DNA of 49,069 nt from Chiloscyllium plagiosum (taxonomy: Eukaryota): assembly GCF_004010195.1 (NCBI RefSeq), contig NC_057759.1, forward strand, positions 7,841,910 to 7,890,978, in the 5' to 3' direction. Made by a program: the position numbers and the translations under genes. Positions 23,804 through 35,845 of the stretch are shown here, piece by piece; the stretch's first letter is position 1, and every line of letters begins with the position of its first letter. Below the pieces are notes generated by a model. That model ran no database searches. It had not been told where the DNA came from and saw nothing but the letters and a program-made list of their open reading frames with translations.

Positions 23804-24644
23804 ATGCAGTGTTTACTATCTACAAGACGTACTACAGAAATTAATGAAAGATCCTTGGAGTGCACTTTTCAAATCCATGACCATTTCCATCTAGAGGGTC
23901 AAGAGCAGCAGATATATGGGAACACCACCACCTTTAAGTTCCCTTCCAAGTTACTCACTGTCTTGACTTGGAAATATATTGCTGTTCCTTCGACTGTCCC
24001 TGGGTCAAAATCCTGGAATTCCCTCCCTAATGGCATTGTGGGTAGACTGCAATGGTTCAAGAAGGCAGTTCACCACCTCTTTCTGAAGGGCAACTAGGGA
24101 TAGGTAATAAATGCTGGCCAGCGAACAATGCTTACATCCCACAAAATGAATTAAAAAAAAAAGTATTTCTTAAATTTTGCAAGAGTAACTGCTTTTCCCA
24201 CATCTCAGGCATGTTTCTGCCACCCTCTGAGTGGGCAAAAGAAAACGTTTAGATTCTGTCTGAATGACTTGTCACCTTTATGAAAACATATCTTGCACTT
24301 GTGCCATGGGAAAAGATTCTTGTGATCTAACCTGCCTTTGCCTGTCATAATTTTGAAGACCCTTCAGGTCCTCTGCTCCAAAGGAAACAGAGCCAGTCAC
24401 TCCTCAACTGAGACTTTTTCCAATCCAGGCAATCTCCTCTGCACTCCCTTCAGTGCAGTCTCATCCTTCTGATAATATGGTAACCAGAAATGCACACATC
24501 TATGACCTAGTCAGTGCTGTTTGAAATTTTGCTTCTATATTCTATGCTCCAGCTAAAAAAGGCAAGCATCCTGCATACCACCTTCAGCAGCCTATGTTGG
24601 TGTTTGCTGATGCTTGCATAATGTTCGGTGCCATTCGCTGCTCA

Positions 24645-26530
24645 TAAGAATATACATAAGAACATAACTAGGAGCAGGAGTAGGCCATCTGCCCTTCAAC
24701 AGGGCTCATGCCCGAAACGTCGATTCTCCTGCTCCTTGGATGCTGCCTGACCTGCGCTTTTCCAGCAACACATTTTCAGCTCTGATCTCCAGCATCTGCA
24801 GTCCTCACTTTCTCCTCATTTGCCCTTCAAGCCTACTCCACTATTCAATAAGATCATGGCTGATCTTTTTGTGGCCTCAGCTCCATTTAGCCGTACGCTC
24901 ACCATATTCCTTTATTGTTCAAAAAAAATTTATGTTAGCTTTAAAATTGTTTACTGAAGTAGTGTCAACCAATTCACAGAGCAAGGAATTCCGTAGTTTT
25001 ACAGTTCTCTGGGTGAAAAAGTTCCTTCTCAATTCTGTTCTAAATCTGCTCCCCCTAATTTTGAGGCTATGCTGTATTTTGTCCTAGTTTCACCTGCAAG
25101 TAGAAAAATCTTCTCTACTTCTATCTTATTTATTTCCTTCATAATTTTATACATTTCTGTAAGATTCCCCCCTCATTCTTCTAAATTTCAACGAATATAA
25201 TCCCAGTCTACGCAGTCTCTCCTCATAGGCCAACCCCTTCAACTCCAGGATCAACATAGTAGACCTCCTCTGCACCCCCTCTGGTGCCAGTATATCCTTT
25301 CTCAGGTAAGGAGACCAAAATTGCATGAAGTCCTCCAGATGTGGCCTCAGCTGCAACATAGCTTCCATGCTTTTAATCTTAATCCCTTTAGCAATTAAGG
25401 ACAAAATTCCATTTGCCTTCCTAATCACTTGTACCTGCAGGCCAACTCTGTGATTCATGCATAAGGATACCCAGGTCCCTCTGCATAGTAGCATGCTGCA
25501 ACCTTTTACCATTCAAGTAATAATCCTTTTTACTGTTACTACAACCAAATTGGCTGACTTCACATTTATTTACATTGTATTCCATCTGCCAGATCTTTGC
25601 CCACTCACTCAATGTATCTATGTTCCTCTGCAAAGTTTCACAGTCCTCTGCACACTTTGCTCTATCATTCATCTTCGTGTTATCAGCAAACTTTGACACA
25701 CTACAACATGGTCCCCAACTCCAAATCATTTATGTAAATTGTGAATAATTACGGTTTCAACACTGATCCCTGAGGCACACTAGTAGTTACTGGTTGCCAA
25801 CCAGAATAGCATTTATTTCTCCCAATTCTTTTGCTTCATGTTAATCAACCAATCTTCTATCCCATGTTAATACTTTACCCATAATGCCTTGTATCTTTAT
25901 CTTATGCAGCAGCCTCTTGTGCAGCACCTTGTAGAAAGCCTTTGGAAATCTAGGTACGCCATATCCACTGGGTCCCCATTGTCCACTTTGCTTGTAATGT
26001 TTTCATAGAATTCCAAAGGATTTGTGAAGCATGACCTGCCCTTCATGAACCCATACTGTGTCTGCCTAATGGGACAATTTCTACCTTGCTGGATAGATGC
26101 TGCCTTGCTATTTCTTCCTTGATAATAGACTCAAGTATGTTCTCCACTACAGAGGTTAAGCTAACCGATCTATAACTCCCCATCTTTTGTCTACCTCCAT
26201 TTTTAAACAATGGTGTCATATTTACTGTTTTCCAATCTGCTGGGACTGCCCCAGAGTCCAGCGAAGTTTGGAAAATTACTGCAAGTGCACTTGCTATTTC
26301 TTCCTGGGATGCATTCCATCAGGGCCAGGAGACTTGCCTCCAATACCTTGCCTCTTCTGTAATAATGATTGTTTCCAGGTCCTCACCTACCTTCGTCTCT
26401 TTGTCAATTTATGGTATGTTATTAGTGTCCTTCACTGTGAAGACCGATACAAAATACCTGTTCAGTGCCTCAGCCGTAACTAAATGCCCCTTCTCATCCT
26501 CTAAAGGACCAATGTTTACTTTACCCATTT
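24645..26530 (-). mobile_element. CR1 RT and 3' end, different subfamily
   Basis: VSKFADNTK, WQMEYNVNKCEV, QFWSPYLRKDIL; (cataaga)n-like tail. Confidence 0.88.
24700..24816 (+). mobile_element. 117-bp PLE 3' tip, truncated inside the hammerhead
   Basis: TSD cat(c/t)tgcccttcaa at 24686-24699 and 24817-24830; starts at aGGGCtcatGCCCGAAACGTC and lacks CTGANGA. Confidence 0.88.
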
Positions 26531-27124
26531 TTGTTCAAATGTTACAAGACATGGACAATATTTAGGCTTGGAAAGTAATATTCACGTCATATAAATTTCA
26601 AACAGTGGACTGTCTCCACTAAGATACAGCAAAGCTAATGCCATTGGATGTTCACTGGCGTTACCTTCACTGAGATCCCCCATGATCAACATCCTCTTTG
26701 AAAGGCCATTCTGAACCTATTCTGAAGAAGTATCTGTCGACTTAATTTTGAGTCTGTTTCCTCTCTCCATAGCGTTGTCATACCTAGTGGGTTTTTATTT
26801 AAAAACTGACTTCAAGTTAATACATCCATGAATACACTTGCACTTAGTACCTTTCACAACTGAAGCATGATCAAGAATGCTTTGTATCTTGAGACTTCTT
26901 GTTTTGAATTATAGTCACTGGCCTGTTTTTAGACAGCAGTATTCTACAAATAGTACTTAAATAAATTATCAATAATTTATTTTAGCATTGCTAAATAATG
27001 AACAAATCTTAGACAGGACACAATGAGATCACTCCTTTTCATGGAACCTTTGGCATCCCCTGAACATACAGATGGTACATTGACTAATATTTCATCACAC
27101 TGATTACTCTTTTGGTCACATGCT

Positions 27125-27771
27125 TGTTAGAGGCCAGATCAGATCCCCTCAAAATATTTTAAGAAGGTAATCTAGACCATAACTTTTTTTCTTATTTTAA
27201 AAGTAGGTGTGAAGTGCATGTTCCAGATCTGATGTGGCTAGTCAAAATACTCTACGTTAACCAAAACACAATTTATTTAAACACTATAGTTAAAATGCAA
27301 ACAAAAGAAAGTGGAATTTAGAATAATTTAACTATTATAACACTTAACTGAATAATAGATACAGTACCCATTGCTAGTTAACTGTACTAATGTTCCATAA
27401 CTACAACCCCTGGCAAAAAGATAACTTCAGACACAGATTCTTACGTGCAGTTCTCCAATACAGGAGGAAACAATATCGAGCTATTTAGGAGAAAGTAGCA
27501 GCTCGGAATCATTTACTGAAACTTCCAACCTTTCTGGAACCCCAACAGCTTCTGACAGCTCAAGCTTAAAAAAAAAGAAGGCCTGGTCTGTGAGGACTGG
27601 CCACTCCCCTTCCTTTGTTATAACTATTTTTAAAAAATTCTAAAGGCCTCCTAATTTATTTACTTAAGCTGTGTACAGTAGCCAGTTCTGCACCTCTGCC
27701 TTTACAAACCCTCTTTTTTAAAAAAAATAACCCAGGACAAAATAATTTTTTTGAAGTGACAGCATTGTGCG
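27125..27771. mobile_element. Possible solo LTR
   Basis: Starts TGTTAG; tgct flanks both sides (27121-27124, 27772-27775); right terminus degenerate. Confidence 0.45.
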
Positions 27772-27829
27772 TGCTAGTTTGTCCAGTTCCTAGGGTGTAG
27801 GTTTACTCGCTGAGCTGTGGGTTTGATAT

Positions 27830-27869
27830 CCAGACGTTTCATTACCTGGCTAGGTAACATCATCAGTGG
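27830..27869 (-). ncRNA. Type I hammerhead ribozyme motif (Poseidon pLTR)
   Basis: Reverse complement cca CTGATGA t GTTACCT agcc AGGTAAT GAAAC GTC tgg; canonical core, stem I cca/tgg. Confidence 0.88.
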
Positions 27870-28362
27870 TGACCTCCAAATGAAGCGAAGCTGTGGTCTC
27901 CTGCTTTCTATTTATAGGTTTCTCCTGGATGGGGTTCCTGGGGTTTGTGGTGATGTCATTTCCAATTCATTTACTGAGGGGTTGATCGATGGTATCTAGA
28001 TCTATGTGTTGTTTATGGCGTTGTGGTTGGAGTGCCAGGCCTCTAGGAATTCTCTGGCATGTCTTTGTTTAGCCTGTCCTAGGATAGTTGTGTTGTCCCA
28101 GTCGAAATGGTGGGTTTTTTCATCCATGTGTAAGGCTACGAGAGAGAGAGGGTCGTGTCTTTTTGTGGCTAGCTGGTGTTTGTGTGTCCTGGTGGCTAAC
28201 TTTCTTCCTGTTTGTCCTACGTAGTGTTTGTAGCAGTCCTTGCATGGAATTTTGTAGATGACATTGGTTTTGTCCATGGGTTGTACTGGGTCTTTTAAGT
28301 TTGTTCGTTTTTGTTTAAGAGTGTTGGTGGGTTTGTGTGCTACTAGGATTCCGAGGGGTCTT

Positions 28363-29292
28363 NNNNNNNNNNNNNNNNNNNNNNNNNNNNNNNNNNNNNN
28401 NNNNNNNNNNNNNNNNNNNNNNNNNNNNNNNNNNNNNNNNNNNNNNNNNNNNNNNNNNNNNNNNNNNNNNNNNNNNNNNNNNNNNNNNNNNNNNNNNNNN
28501 NNNNNNNNNNNNNNNNNNNNNNNNNNNNNNNNNNNNNNNNNNNNNNNNNNNNNNNNNNNNNNNNNNNNNNNNNNNNNNNNNNNNNNNNNNNNNNNNNNNN
28601 NNNNNNNNNNNNNNNNNNNNNNNNNNNNNNNNNNNNNNNNNNNNNNNNNNNNNNNNNNNNNNNNNNNNNNNNNNNNNNNNNNNNNNNNNNNNNNNNNNNN
28701 NNNNNNNNNNNNNNNNNNNNNNNNNNNNNNNNNNNNNNNNNNNNNNNNNNNNNNNNNNNNNNNNNNNNNNNNNNNNNNNNNNNNNNNNNNNNNNNNNNNN
28801 NNNNNNNNNNNNNNNNNNNNNNNNNNNNNNNNNNNNNNNNNNNNNNNNNNNNNNNNNNNNNNNNNNNNNNNNNNNNNNNNNNNNNNNNNNNNNNNNNNNN
28901 NNNNNNNNNNNNNNNNNNNNNNNNNNNNNNNNNNNNNNNNNNNNNNNNNNNNNNNNNNNNNNNNNNNNNNNNNNNNNNNNNNNNNNNNNNNNNNNNNNNN
29001 NNNNNNNNNNNNNNNNNNNNNNNNNNNNNNNNNNNNNNNNNNNNNNNNNNNNNNNNNNNNNNNNNNNNNNNNNNNNNNNNNNNNNNNNNNNNNNNNNNNN
29101 NNNNNNNNNNNNNNNNNNNNNNNNNNNNNNNNNNNNNNNNNNNNNNNNNNNNNNNNNNNNNNNNNNNNNNNNNNNNNNNNNNNNNNNNNNNNNNNNNNNN
29201 NNNNNNNNNNNNNNNNNNNNNNNNNNNNNNNNNNNNNNNNNNNNNNNNNNNNNNNNNNNNNNNNNNNNNNNNNNNNNNNNNNNNNNNNNNNN
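28363..29292. other. Assembly gap
   Basis: Run of N. Confidence 1.
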
Positions 29293-29459
29293 TATGCTAC
29301 TTTCTCCCCACCCCCACCCTCCTTTAGCTTATCTCTCCACGCTTCAGGCTCACTGCCTTTATTCCTGATGAAGGGCTTTTGCCCGAAACGTCGATTTCGC
29401 TGCTCCTTGGATGCTGCCTGAACTGCTGTGCTCTTCCACCATCACTAATCCAGAATCTT
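29293..29459 (+). mobile_element. Neptune-type pLTR nested in the Poseidon element
   Basis: Homologous to the pLTRs at 2016-2229 and 11280-11530; opposite orientation to its host. Confidence 0.8.
29361..29396 (+). ncRNA. Minimal hammerhead ribozyme motif
   Basis: attc CTGATGA a GGGC tttt GCCC GAAAC GTC gatt. Confidence 0.8.
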
Positions 29460-30287
29460 CTAAAAGTGTGGTAAGTGTTTCCTTTGCCAGGTCGAAGTTA
29501 ATGGAGATGAACAGTGCTGTTACGTCTTCCTCTATTTTGGTGTTTTTGATGATTTTTAGGAATTCCTGGGTGGAATGGATAGAGTGCTGTGACTCTTCTA
29601 CTAAGTATTTAAATCTTGCGTGGAGTTCTTTGGCCAGTCTGTAAGTTGGTGTTCCGGGTAGTGAGACTATGGGTCTGAGGGGTGCTCCTGGTTTATGGAT
29701 TTTCGGTAGTCCGTAGAATCGTGGGGTGTTGGTCCCGTCTGGTTTCATTTTTTGGATTTCCATCTTAATTAATTGTCCGGAATTGTGTAATTTTCTTCGG
29801 AGATATGTAATTTTGTTTCCTAGTTGTGGGGTCGGGTCTAGCACCACCTGTTGGTAGGTGTTGGTGTCTGCGAGTAGTGCATTGGCTTTCTCTATAGTCC
29901 CTTCTGTTCGGGATGACTGTGAGCCAACCTTTGTCTGCAGGTAATATGACGATGTTTTTGTCTTTTTTGAGGTTTTCTTGGCATTCTTTTCTTGTGTGTT
30001 CAGTTTGCCTCCTTCCCTCTTTCGGCTCAGAGTAGGTGCAACTGTGTGTCTGATCATTTGTTGTTTCTTCCGTGATTTTGTTGTCCTTCAATGTGGTTTG
30101 TAATGCTGCTAGGAAATCCTTCTTGTCAGTGCCTCGGTAATTGAAATTTAGTCCTTTTACTAGTACACTTTTTCTGTGTCTGATAGGGTTTGGTCTGATA
30201 AGTTCTTTATCCATGCCCCTGTGTTATCGGTTTTGTCTTTGTGAGTTTGTCAAGTTTTTCTTCAGGTCCCGATTTTTCTTTATCTGT

Positions 30288-30588
30288 TGTTGTGGTTCTG
30301 TTCACCGAGCTGGGAATTTGTGTTGCAGACATTTCGTCCCCTGTCTAGGTGACATCCTCAGTGCTTGGGAGCCTCCTGTGAAGCACTTCTGTGGTGTTTC
30401 CTCCGGCATTTATAGTGGTTTGTCTCTGCCGCTTCTGGTTGTCAGTTCCAGCTGTCCACTGCAGTGGCCGGTATATTGGGTCCAGGTCGATGTGTTTGTT
30501 GATAGAATCTGTGGATTAGTGCCAGGCCTCTAGGAATTCCCTGGCTGTTCTCTTTTTAGCTTGTCCTATAATAATAGTGTTGTCCCAG
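30288..30588 (-). mobile_element. 3' end of a second Poseidon subfamily nested in the first
   Basis: 13-bp TSD tttctttatctgt at 30275-30287 and 30589-30601; REFLEAWH-type endonuclease end and pLTR. Confidence 0.85.
30325..30364 (-). ncRNA. Hammerhead ribozyme motif (Poseidon variant)
   Basis: Reverse complement gca CTGAGGA t GTCACCT agac AGGGGAC GAAAT GTC tgc. Confidence 0.75.
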
Positions 30589-31559
30589 TTTCTTTATCTG
30601 TGTTTGTTGTTGTTTGGTGTTTATGGCTCGTTCTACCGCGTCTGTCCATTCTTGATTTGTTCCTTGTTTGAATAACGGTTTTTGGCGCGCAATTTCCCGG
30701 TTGTATTTTCCTCAAGTGCTTTGTAGGCAGAAAAAAGGCACGGAAAATGCAGCAAGTCCACAGCATTTGAAGTTGAAGAATAATTAGATTAACTCATCAT
30801 AAATATGGAAATGGGTGAAATTAATGAAAAAAAATAAGATTAATGTCAGGTAATTTCATTTGTGGGTCAAATGCGCAAAGTATCAGTATCAGTATTGTAT
30901 ATGTTTGTTGCATTTGTGATCAAAGTAATTTCTTTCTTCTGCAATTATATCAAAATTAGCTCAAATTGCTTCAAACCACAAAAGAAAGAGAGAGACTGGA
31001 AGATGGAGGAGGCAGCAAACCTTTATAGTTACTAATTTTTAGCTGCAAGTGTTAAAATGTCCGTGGAGAATGAAGATCTGCATTTGATGCAGGGAGCTGT
31101 ATACCATGAATATTGGCATTTAAACTGTTGCAGTCTTGTCCAATTTTATGAGGGTGATGCTCTGATAGGAGTGCAGGATTGTTAAATTCTTCCCTGAAAT
31201 TTTTACTTAAAACTAGTTGGAATTGTGAAGGAGGTCAGAGGCTGAAAAATTATGAAACAAGACTGGACGCTAACATAAAAGGAAATCCCAAAATCTTCTA
31301 TAAGCATCTTCGTAATAAGATGGTAGTAAAAGGAGTGAGGCTAATCAGACCAAAGAGGCATGACTCAGCCATTAAATGAAACTCTAAATCTGTCTTTACC
31401 TATGAGGTAGATAGATACTGCACAGGTCACGGTGACAGGAGGAAACTCAGGTTTACATTTTGCCTTATATTTGAATATTTCAAGTTGAAGTACTTGAAAT
31501 CACTGGAACCAGATGATATGCACCCAAGGATATGGAAGGAAGTGAGAATGGAGATTATA

Positions 31560-31688
31560 GCCATAATCACATTACCAACAAAAACATCATGAAGCTAGTG
31601 GACCTGTGCCTCACCACCCACTTCACCTTCAACAACAATCTGCAAACAAACCAACGGCACACCCATGGGATCTCCGCTATCAGGATTA
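31560..31688 (+). mobile_element. Small Poseidon RT fragment within decayed CR1 (31230-32385)
   Basis: IMKLVDLCLTTHFTFNN, then frameshifted QTNGTPMGSPLSG. Confidence 0.75.
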
Positions 31689-31848
31689 CTTTTCACTCTT
31701 TCCTGGCTTCAGGCTTGGTGCTAGAAGATCAGCAAATTCAAATATAACACCCTGGTTTGAAAAAATCATTGTAAAAGCAGATCCAGCAATTTCATAATAG
31801 TTGGTTTAACTTTGGTGGTAGGAAAAGAGTAGCATTGAAAAAATTGTG

Positions 31849-32064
31849 CAGTCGGTTCTACGATAACACTTGTTTTTTTAATGTGAATTGGTTTTAATGT
31901 GATTGAAGAATTTATACAGTAATTTGTAGAATGTATTTCCTTATCTGTATTGGTGATAATGCAATTCTGGCCCCGTTAATTTAAATGGTGAGGCTATTAC
32001 ATGATTTTCTTAAAATGTGAGATTGCACGAAAGTGGAAGTATTGCATTCTATCGGAACTGACTG
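31849..32064. mobile_element. Probable Tc1/mariner (Tigger-like) MITE
   Basis: Imperfect TIRs cagtcggttct... and ...ggaactgactg around an AT-rich 216-bp interior; TA TSD not preserved. Confidence 0.55.
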
Positions 32065-32385
32065 GATCAGTTTGGAGCAGTCAGCATGGGTTTAAAAAAA
32101 GACAATCAATGCCTGACCTGTTTAGTGGAATCCTTTGAAAATAGATATGGTGTATATCAAAGCTTTTGATACTGTGCCCCTCAGGAGACTTGTGAACAAA
32201 ATTTCAGGTTGTGGAATAAAAGGGACATTGGCAACCTGGGTACAAAACTGGCTGAGAAATAGAAAGCAAAACATTATCATTAATAGGTAGTTTTGGGGCT
32301 GGAGAGAGATTTATAGTGGACTTCATGGGGAATGGTTATGGGCCCTTTGTTTTTCAACATATATAGGATCTTGGTGTGGAGGAGA

Positions 32386-35300
32386 TAGAACATTTACATA
32401 GAACATACACCGAATATTACAGCGCTGTACAGGCTCTTCAGCCCTCTATGTTGTGCCGACCTGTCATACCAATCTGAAGCCCATCTAACCTACACTATTC
32501 CATGTATGTCCATATGCTTGACCAATGACGACTGAAATGTACTTAAAGTTGACGAATCTACTACCATTGCAGGCAAAGCATTCCACACCCTTACTACTCT
32601 CTGAGTAAAGAAGCTACCTCTGACACCTGTCCTATATCTATCACCCCTCAAGACTTTCCCTCCATACCAGGCAACATCGTAGTAAATCTCCTCTGCACCC
32701 TTTCCAAAGCTTCCACATCCTTCTTATAATGTGGTGACCAGAACTGTACACAATACTCCAAATGCGACCGCATTGGAGTTTTGTACAGCTGTAGCATAAC
32801 CTCATGGTTCCGGAACTCGATCCCTCTATTAATAAAAGCTAAAACACTGTATGCCTTCTTAACAACCTTGTAAAGGTGGGTGGCAACTTTCAAGGATCTG
32901 TGTACATGGACACCGAGATCTCTCTGCTCACCTACACTACCAACAATCTTACCATTAGCCCAGTACTTTGCATTTCGGTTACTCCGACCAAAGTGAATCA
33001 CCTCACAATTGTCCGCATTAAATTCCATTTGCCATCTCTCAGCCCAGCTCTGCAGCTTATCTATGTCTCTCTGTAACCTACAACCTCCTTTGTCACTATC
33101 CACAACTCCACCGACCTTAGTGTCGTCTGCAAATTTTCTAACCCACCCTTCTACGCCCTCATCCAAGTCGTTTATAAAAATGATGAACAGCAGTGGACCC
33201 AACACTGACCCTTGCGGTACACCACTAGTAACTGGAATCCAAGATGAATATTTCATATCAACCACAACCCTCTGTCTTCTTTCAGCAAGCCAATTACTGA
33301 TCTAAACTGCTATATCTCCCACAATCCCATTCCTCTGCATTTTGTACAATAGTCTGCTGTGGGGAATCTTATTGAACACCTTGCTGAAATCCATATACAC
33401 CACATCAACCGGTTTACTCTCATCTATCTGTTTAGATCAATGCCAAAGGCTCGGCAATCTCCTCCCTGGCTTCCCAGAGGATCCTAGGATAAATCCCATC
33501 TGGGATGGAAATGTGTTGCTGGAGAAGCGCAGCAGGTCAGGCAGCATCTAGGGAACAGGAGAATCGACGTTTCGGGCATTAGCCCTTCTTCGGCAACACA
33601 TTTCCATCTCTGATCTCCAGCATCTGCAGAACTCATTTTCTCTTCAAAGATAAATCCCATCTGGCCCAAGGGACTTGTCTATTTTCACACTCTGCAGGAT
33701 TTCTAATACCTCTCCCTTGTGAACCTTAATCCCACCTAGTCTCGTAGCTTGTATCTCAGTATTCTCCTCAATAATATTGTCATTTTCTAGAGTGAATACT
33801 GTTGAAAAATATTCATTCAGTGCTTCTCCTATTTCCTCTGACTCTACACACAACTTCCCATTATTATCCTTGATTGGCCCTAATCTTACTCTTGTCATTC
33901 TTTTATCCCTTAAATACCTATAGAAAGCGTTAGGGTTTCCCCTGATCCTATCCGCCAACAACTTCTCGTGTCTCCTCCTGGGTCTTCTGAGCGCTCTCTT
34001 TTTAGGTCTTTCCTGACTACCTTGTAACCCTCAAGCACCCTAACTGAGCCTTCACATCTCATCCTAACATAAGTCGTCATCTTCTTCCCCTTGACCAGAG
34101 ATTCCACTTCCTTCGTAAACCACACGTCTCACGCTCTCCAGCTTCCTCCCTGCCTGACAGGTACATATTTACCTAGGGCACACCGTAACTTTTCCTTGAA
34201 TAAGCTCCACATTTCTAATGTGCCTATCCCCTGCAGTTTCCTTCCCCATTCTATGCTTTGTAAATCTTGCCGAATCGCATCGTAAATTCCTTTCCCCCAG
34301 CTGTAACTCTTGCCCAGTGGTGTACACCTATCCCTTTCTATCACAAAAGTAAACATAACAGAATTGTGATCGCTATCACCAAAGTGCTCACTTACTTCCA
34401 AATTTTCACACCTGGCCAGGCTCATTACCCAGTACCAAATCCAATGTGGCTTCGCCCCTTAGCCTGTCTACATACTGTGTCAAGAAGTCCTCCTGCACAC
34501 ACTGGACAGAAACTGACCCATCTATAGTACTCGTACTATAGTGTTCTCAGTCAATATTTGGACAGTTGAAGTCCCCCATGGCAACTACCCTGTCTCTCTC
34601 ACTCCTATCGAGAATCATCTTTGCTATCCTTTCCTCTACACCTCTGGAACTATTCGGAGGCATACAGAAAATTCCTAACAGAATGACCTCTCCTTTCCTG
34701 TTTCTAACCTCAGCCCACACTACCTCAGTTGACGAGTCCCCAAACATCCTTTCTGCAACTGTAATACTGTCCTTGACCAATAATGCCAACCTCCCTCTCT
34801 TTTACCATCTTCTCTGTTCTTACTGAAACATCTAAATCCTGGAACCTGCAACAACCATTCCTGTCCCTGCTCTATCCATGTCTCCGAAATGGCCACAACA
34901 TTGAAGTCCCAGGTACCAACCCATGCTGGAAGTTCACCCACCTTACTCCGGATGCTCCTGGCATTGAAGTAGACACACTTCAAACCAACCTCTTGCTGGC
35001 CGGTGCCATCTTGTGTCCCTGAAACTTGATTTCGGACCTCCCTACTCTCAACCTTTTCTATATCAAACTACAATTTTGGTTCCCATCCCCCTGCTGTATT
35101 AGTGTAAACCCACCTCAATAGCCTTAGCGAATCCCCCCCCCCAGGATATTGGTACCCGTCTGGTTCAGATGAAGACCATCCTGCTTGTAGAGGTCCCACC
35201 TATCCCAGAAAGAGCCCCAATTATCCAAGAATCCAAAACCCTTCCTCCTGCACCATCCCTGTAGCCACGTGTTCAACTCCTCTCTCTCCCTCTTCCTCAC

Positions 35301-35405
35301 CTCACTAGCACGTGGCACTGGCAACAAACCAGAGACAACAACTCTGTTCATCCTAGCTCTAAGCTTCCTGAATTTCTGCCTTAAATCCCCATCTCTCTTC
35401 CTAAC
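32386..35405 (-). mobile_element. Long CR1 (ORF1 esterase C-terminus, APE, RT, 3' end) with internal deletions
   Basis: VVVSGLLPVP...WDLYKQDGLHLN; CVYFNARSIRSK...ISETW; MGDFNCP; GDSDHNSV; GVPQGSVLGPLLF...FADDTK. Confidence 0.94.
33504..33648. mobile_element. Short inverted PLE tip insertion
   Basis: 16-bp TSD gataaatcccatctgg at 33488-33503 and 33649-33664; 33504-33591 is inverted relative to 33592-33648; hammerhead on minus strand at 33562-33591 cut in its core. Confidence 0.88.
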
Positions 35406-35726
35406 TATATGGACCATGACTTGGGGCAATTGCAAATTGTGAAGAGGACAGTGTGGACAAGTTGGTGGACTGGGCAGACAGATGGTAGATGATGTTTAAT
35501 ATGGAGAAGTGTGAAGTTTGTTCGACTGTGGTACAAAGAGCATGGACATATGGAATGAAATAAAGAATACTGAAGACTATAAAGAAGCAGAGACCTACTT
35601 TTAGGTTTGCAATTCTCCAGTCTTCCAGAACCTCTTCCAAATCCAGCGATGATTGAAAAATAATTGGTAGTATGTATACAATTTCCATTCTCGCTTCTTT
35701 CCATATCCTTGGAGGCACCTCATTAG

Positions 35727-35845
35727 GGAGGAGAAAGTGAGGCCTGCAGATGCTGGAGATCGAAGTAGAGTGTGCGGGGCTAGAAAAGCACAGCTGGTAA
35801 GGCAGCGTCTGAGGAGCAGGAGAATGGATGTTTCGAGCATATTTC
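35727..35845 (-). mobile_element. Decayed PLE 3' tip
   Basis: gagaaagtgaggcctgcagatgctggagatc...ggagaatggatgtttcg matches the other pLTR ends. Confidence 0.75.

Larger units (their letters stand above)
18490..24162 (+). mobile_element. Near full-length family B LINE with a tRNA-derived SINE-like 5' head, interrupted by two CR1 insertions
   Basis: A box 18498-18508 and B box 18561-18572; APE start (NIWGLVPKLGEL) ~18915; YHPPS, GDFNV and SDH motifs at 20195-20450; RT GVP..SV..P and FA.D at 21600-21705; 3' UTR and poly(A) ending at 24162. Confidence 0.8.
27795..30770 (-). mobile_element. Poseidon-type Penelope-like element (N-terminus, RT, GIY-YIG, pLTR), spanning a gap and carrying nested inserts
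   Basis: KGLNFN, ILPADKG, PRFYGLPKIHKPGAPLRPIVS, NVIYKIPCKDCYKHYVGQTGR...REFLEAWHS. Confidence 0.92.

Noticed and set aside
28258..29421. Long ORFs of 343 and 387 aa
   Set aside because: They span the assembly gap; artefacts.
32648..35435. Potentially intact CR1 or domesticated RT
   Set aside because: Multiple frameshifts, deletions and a nested PLE insertion.
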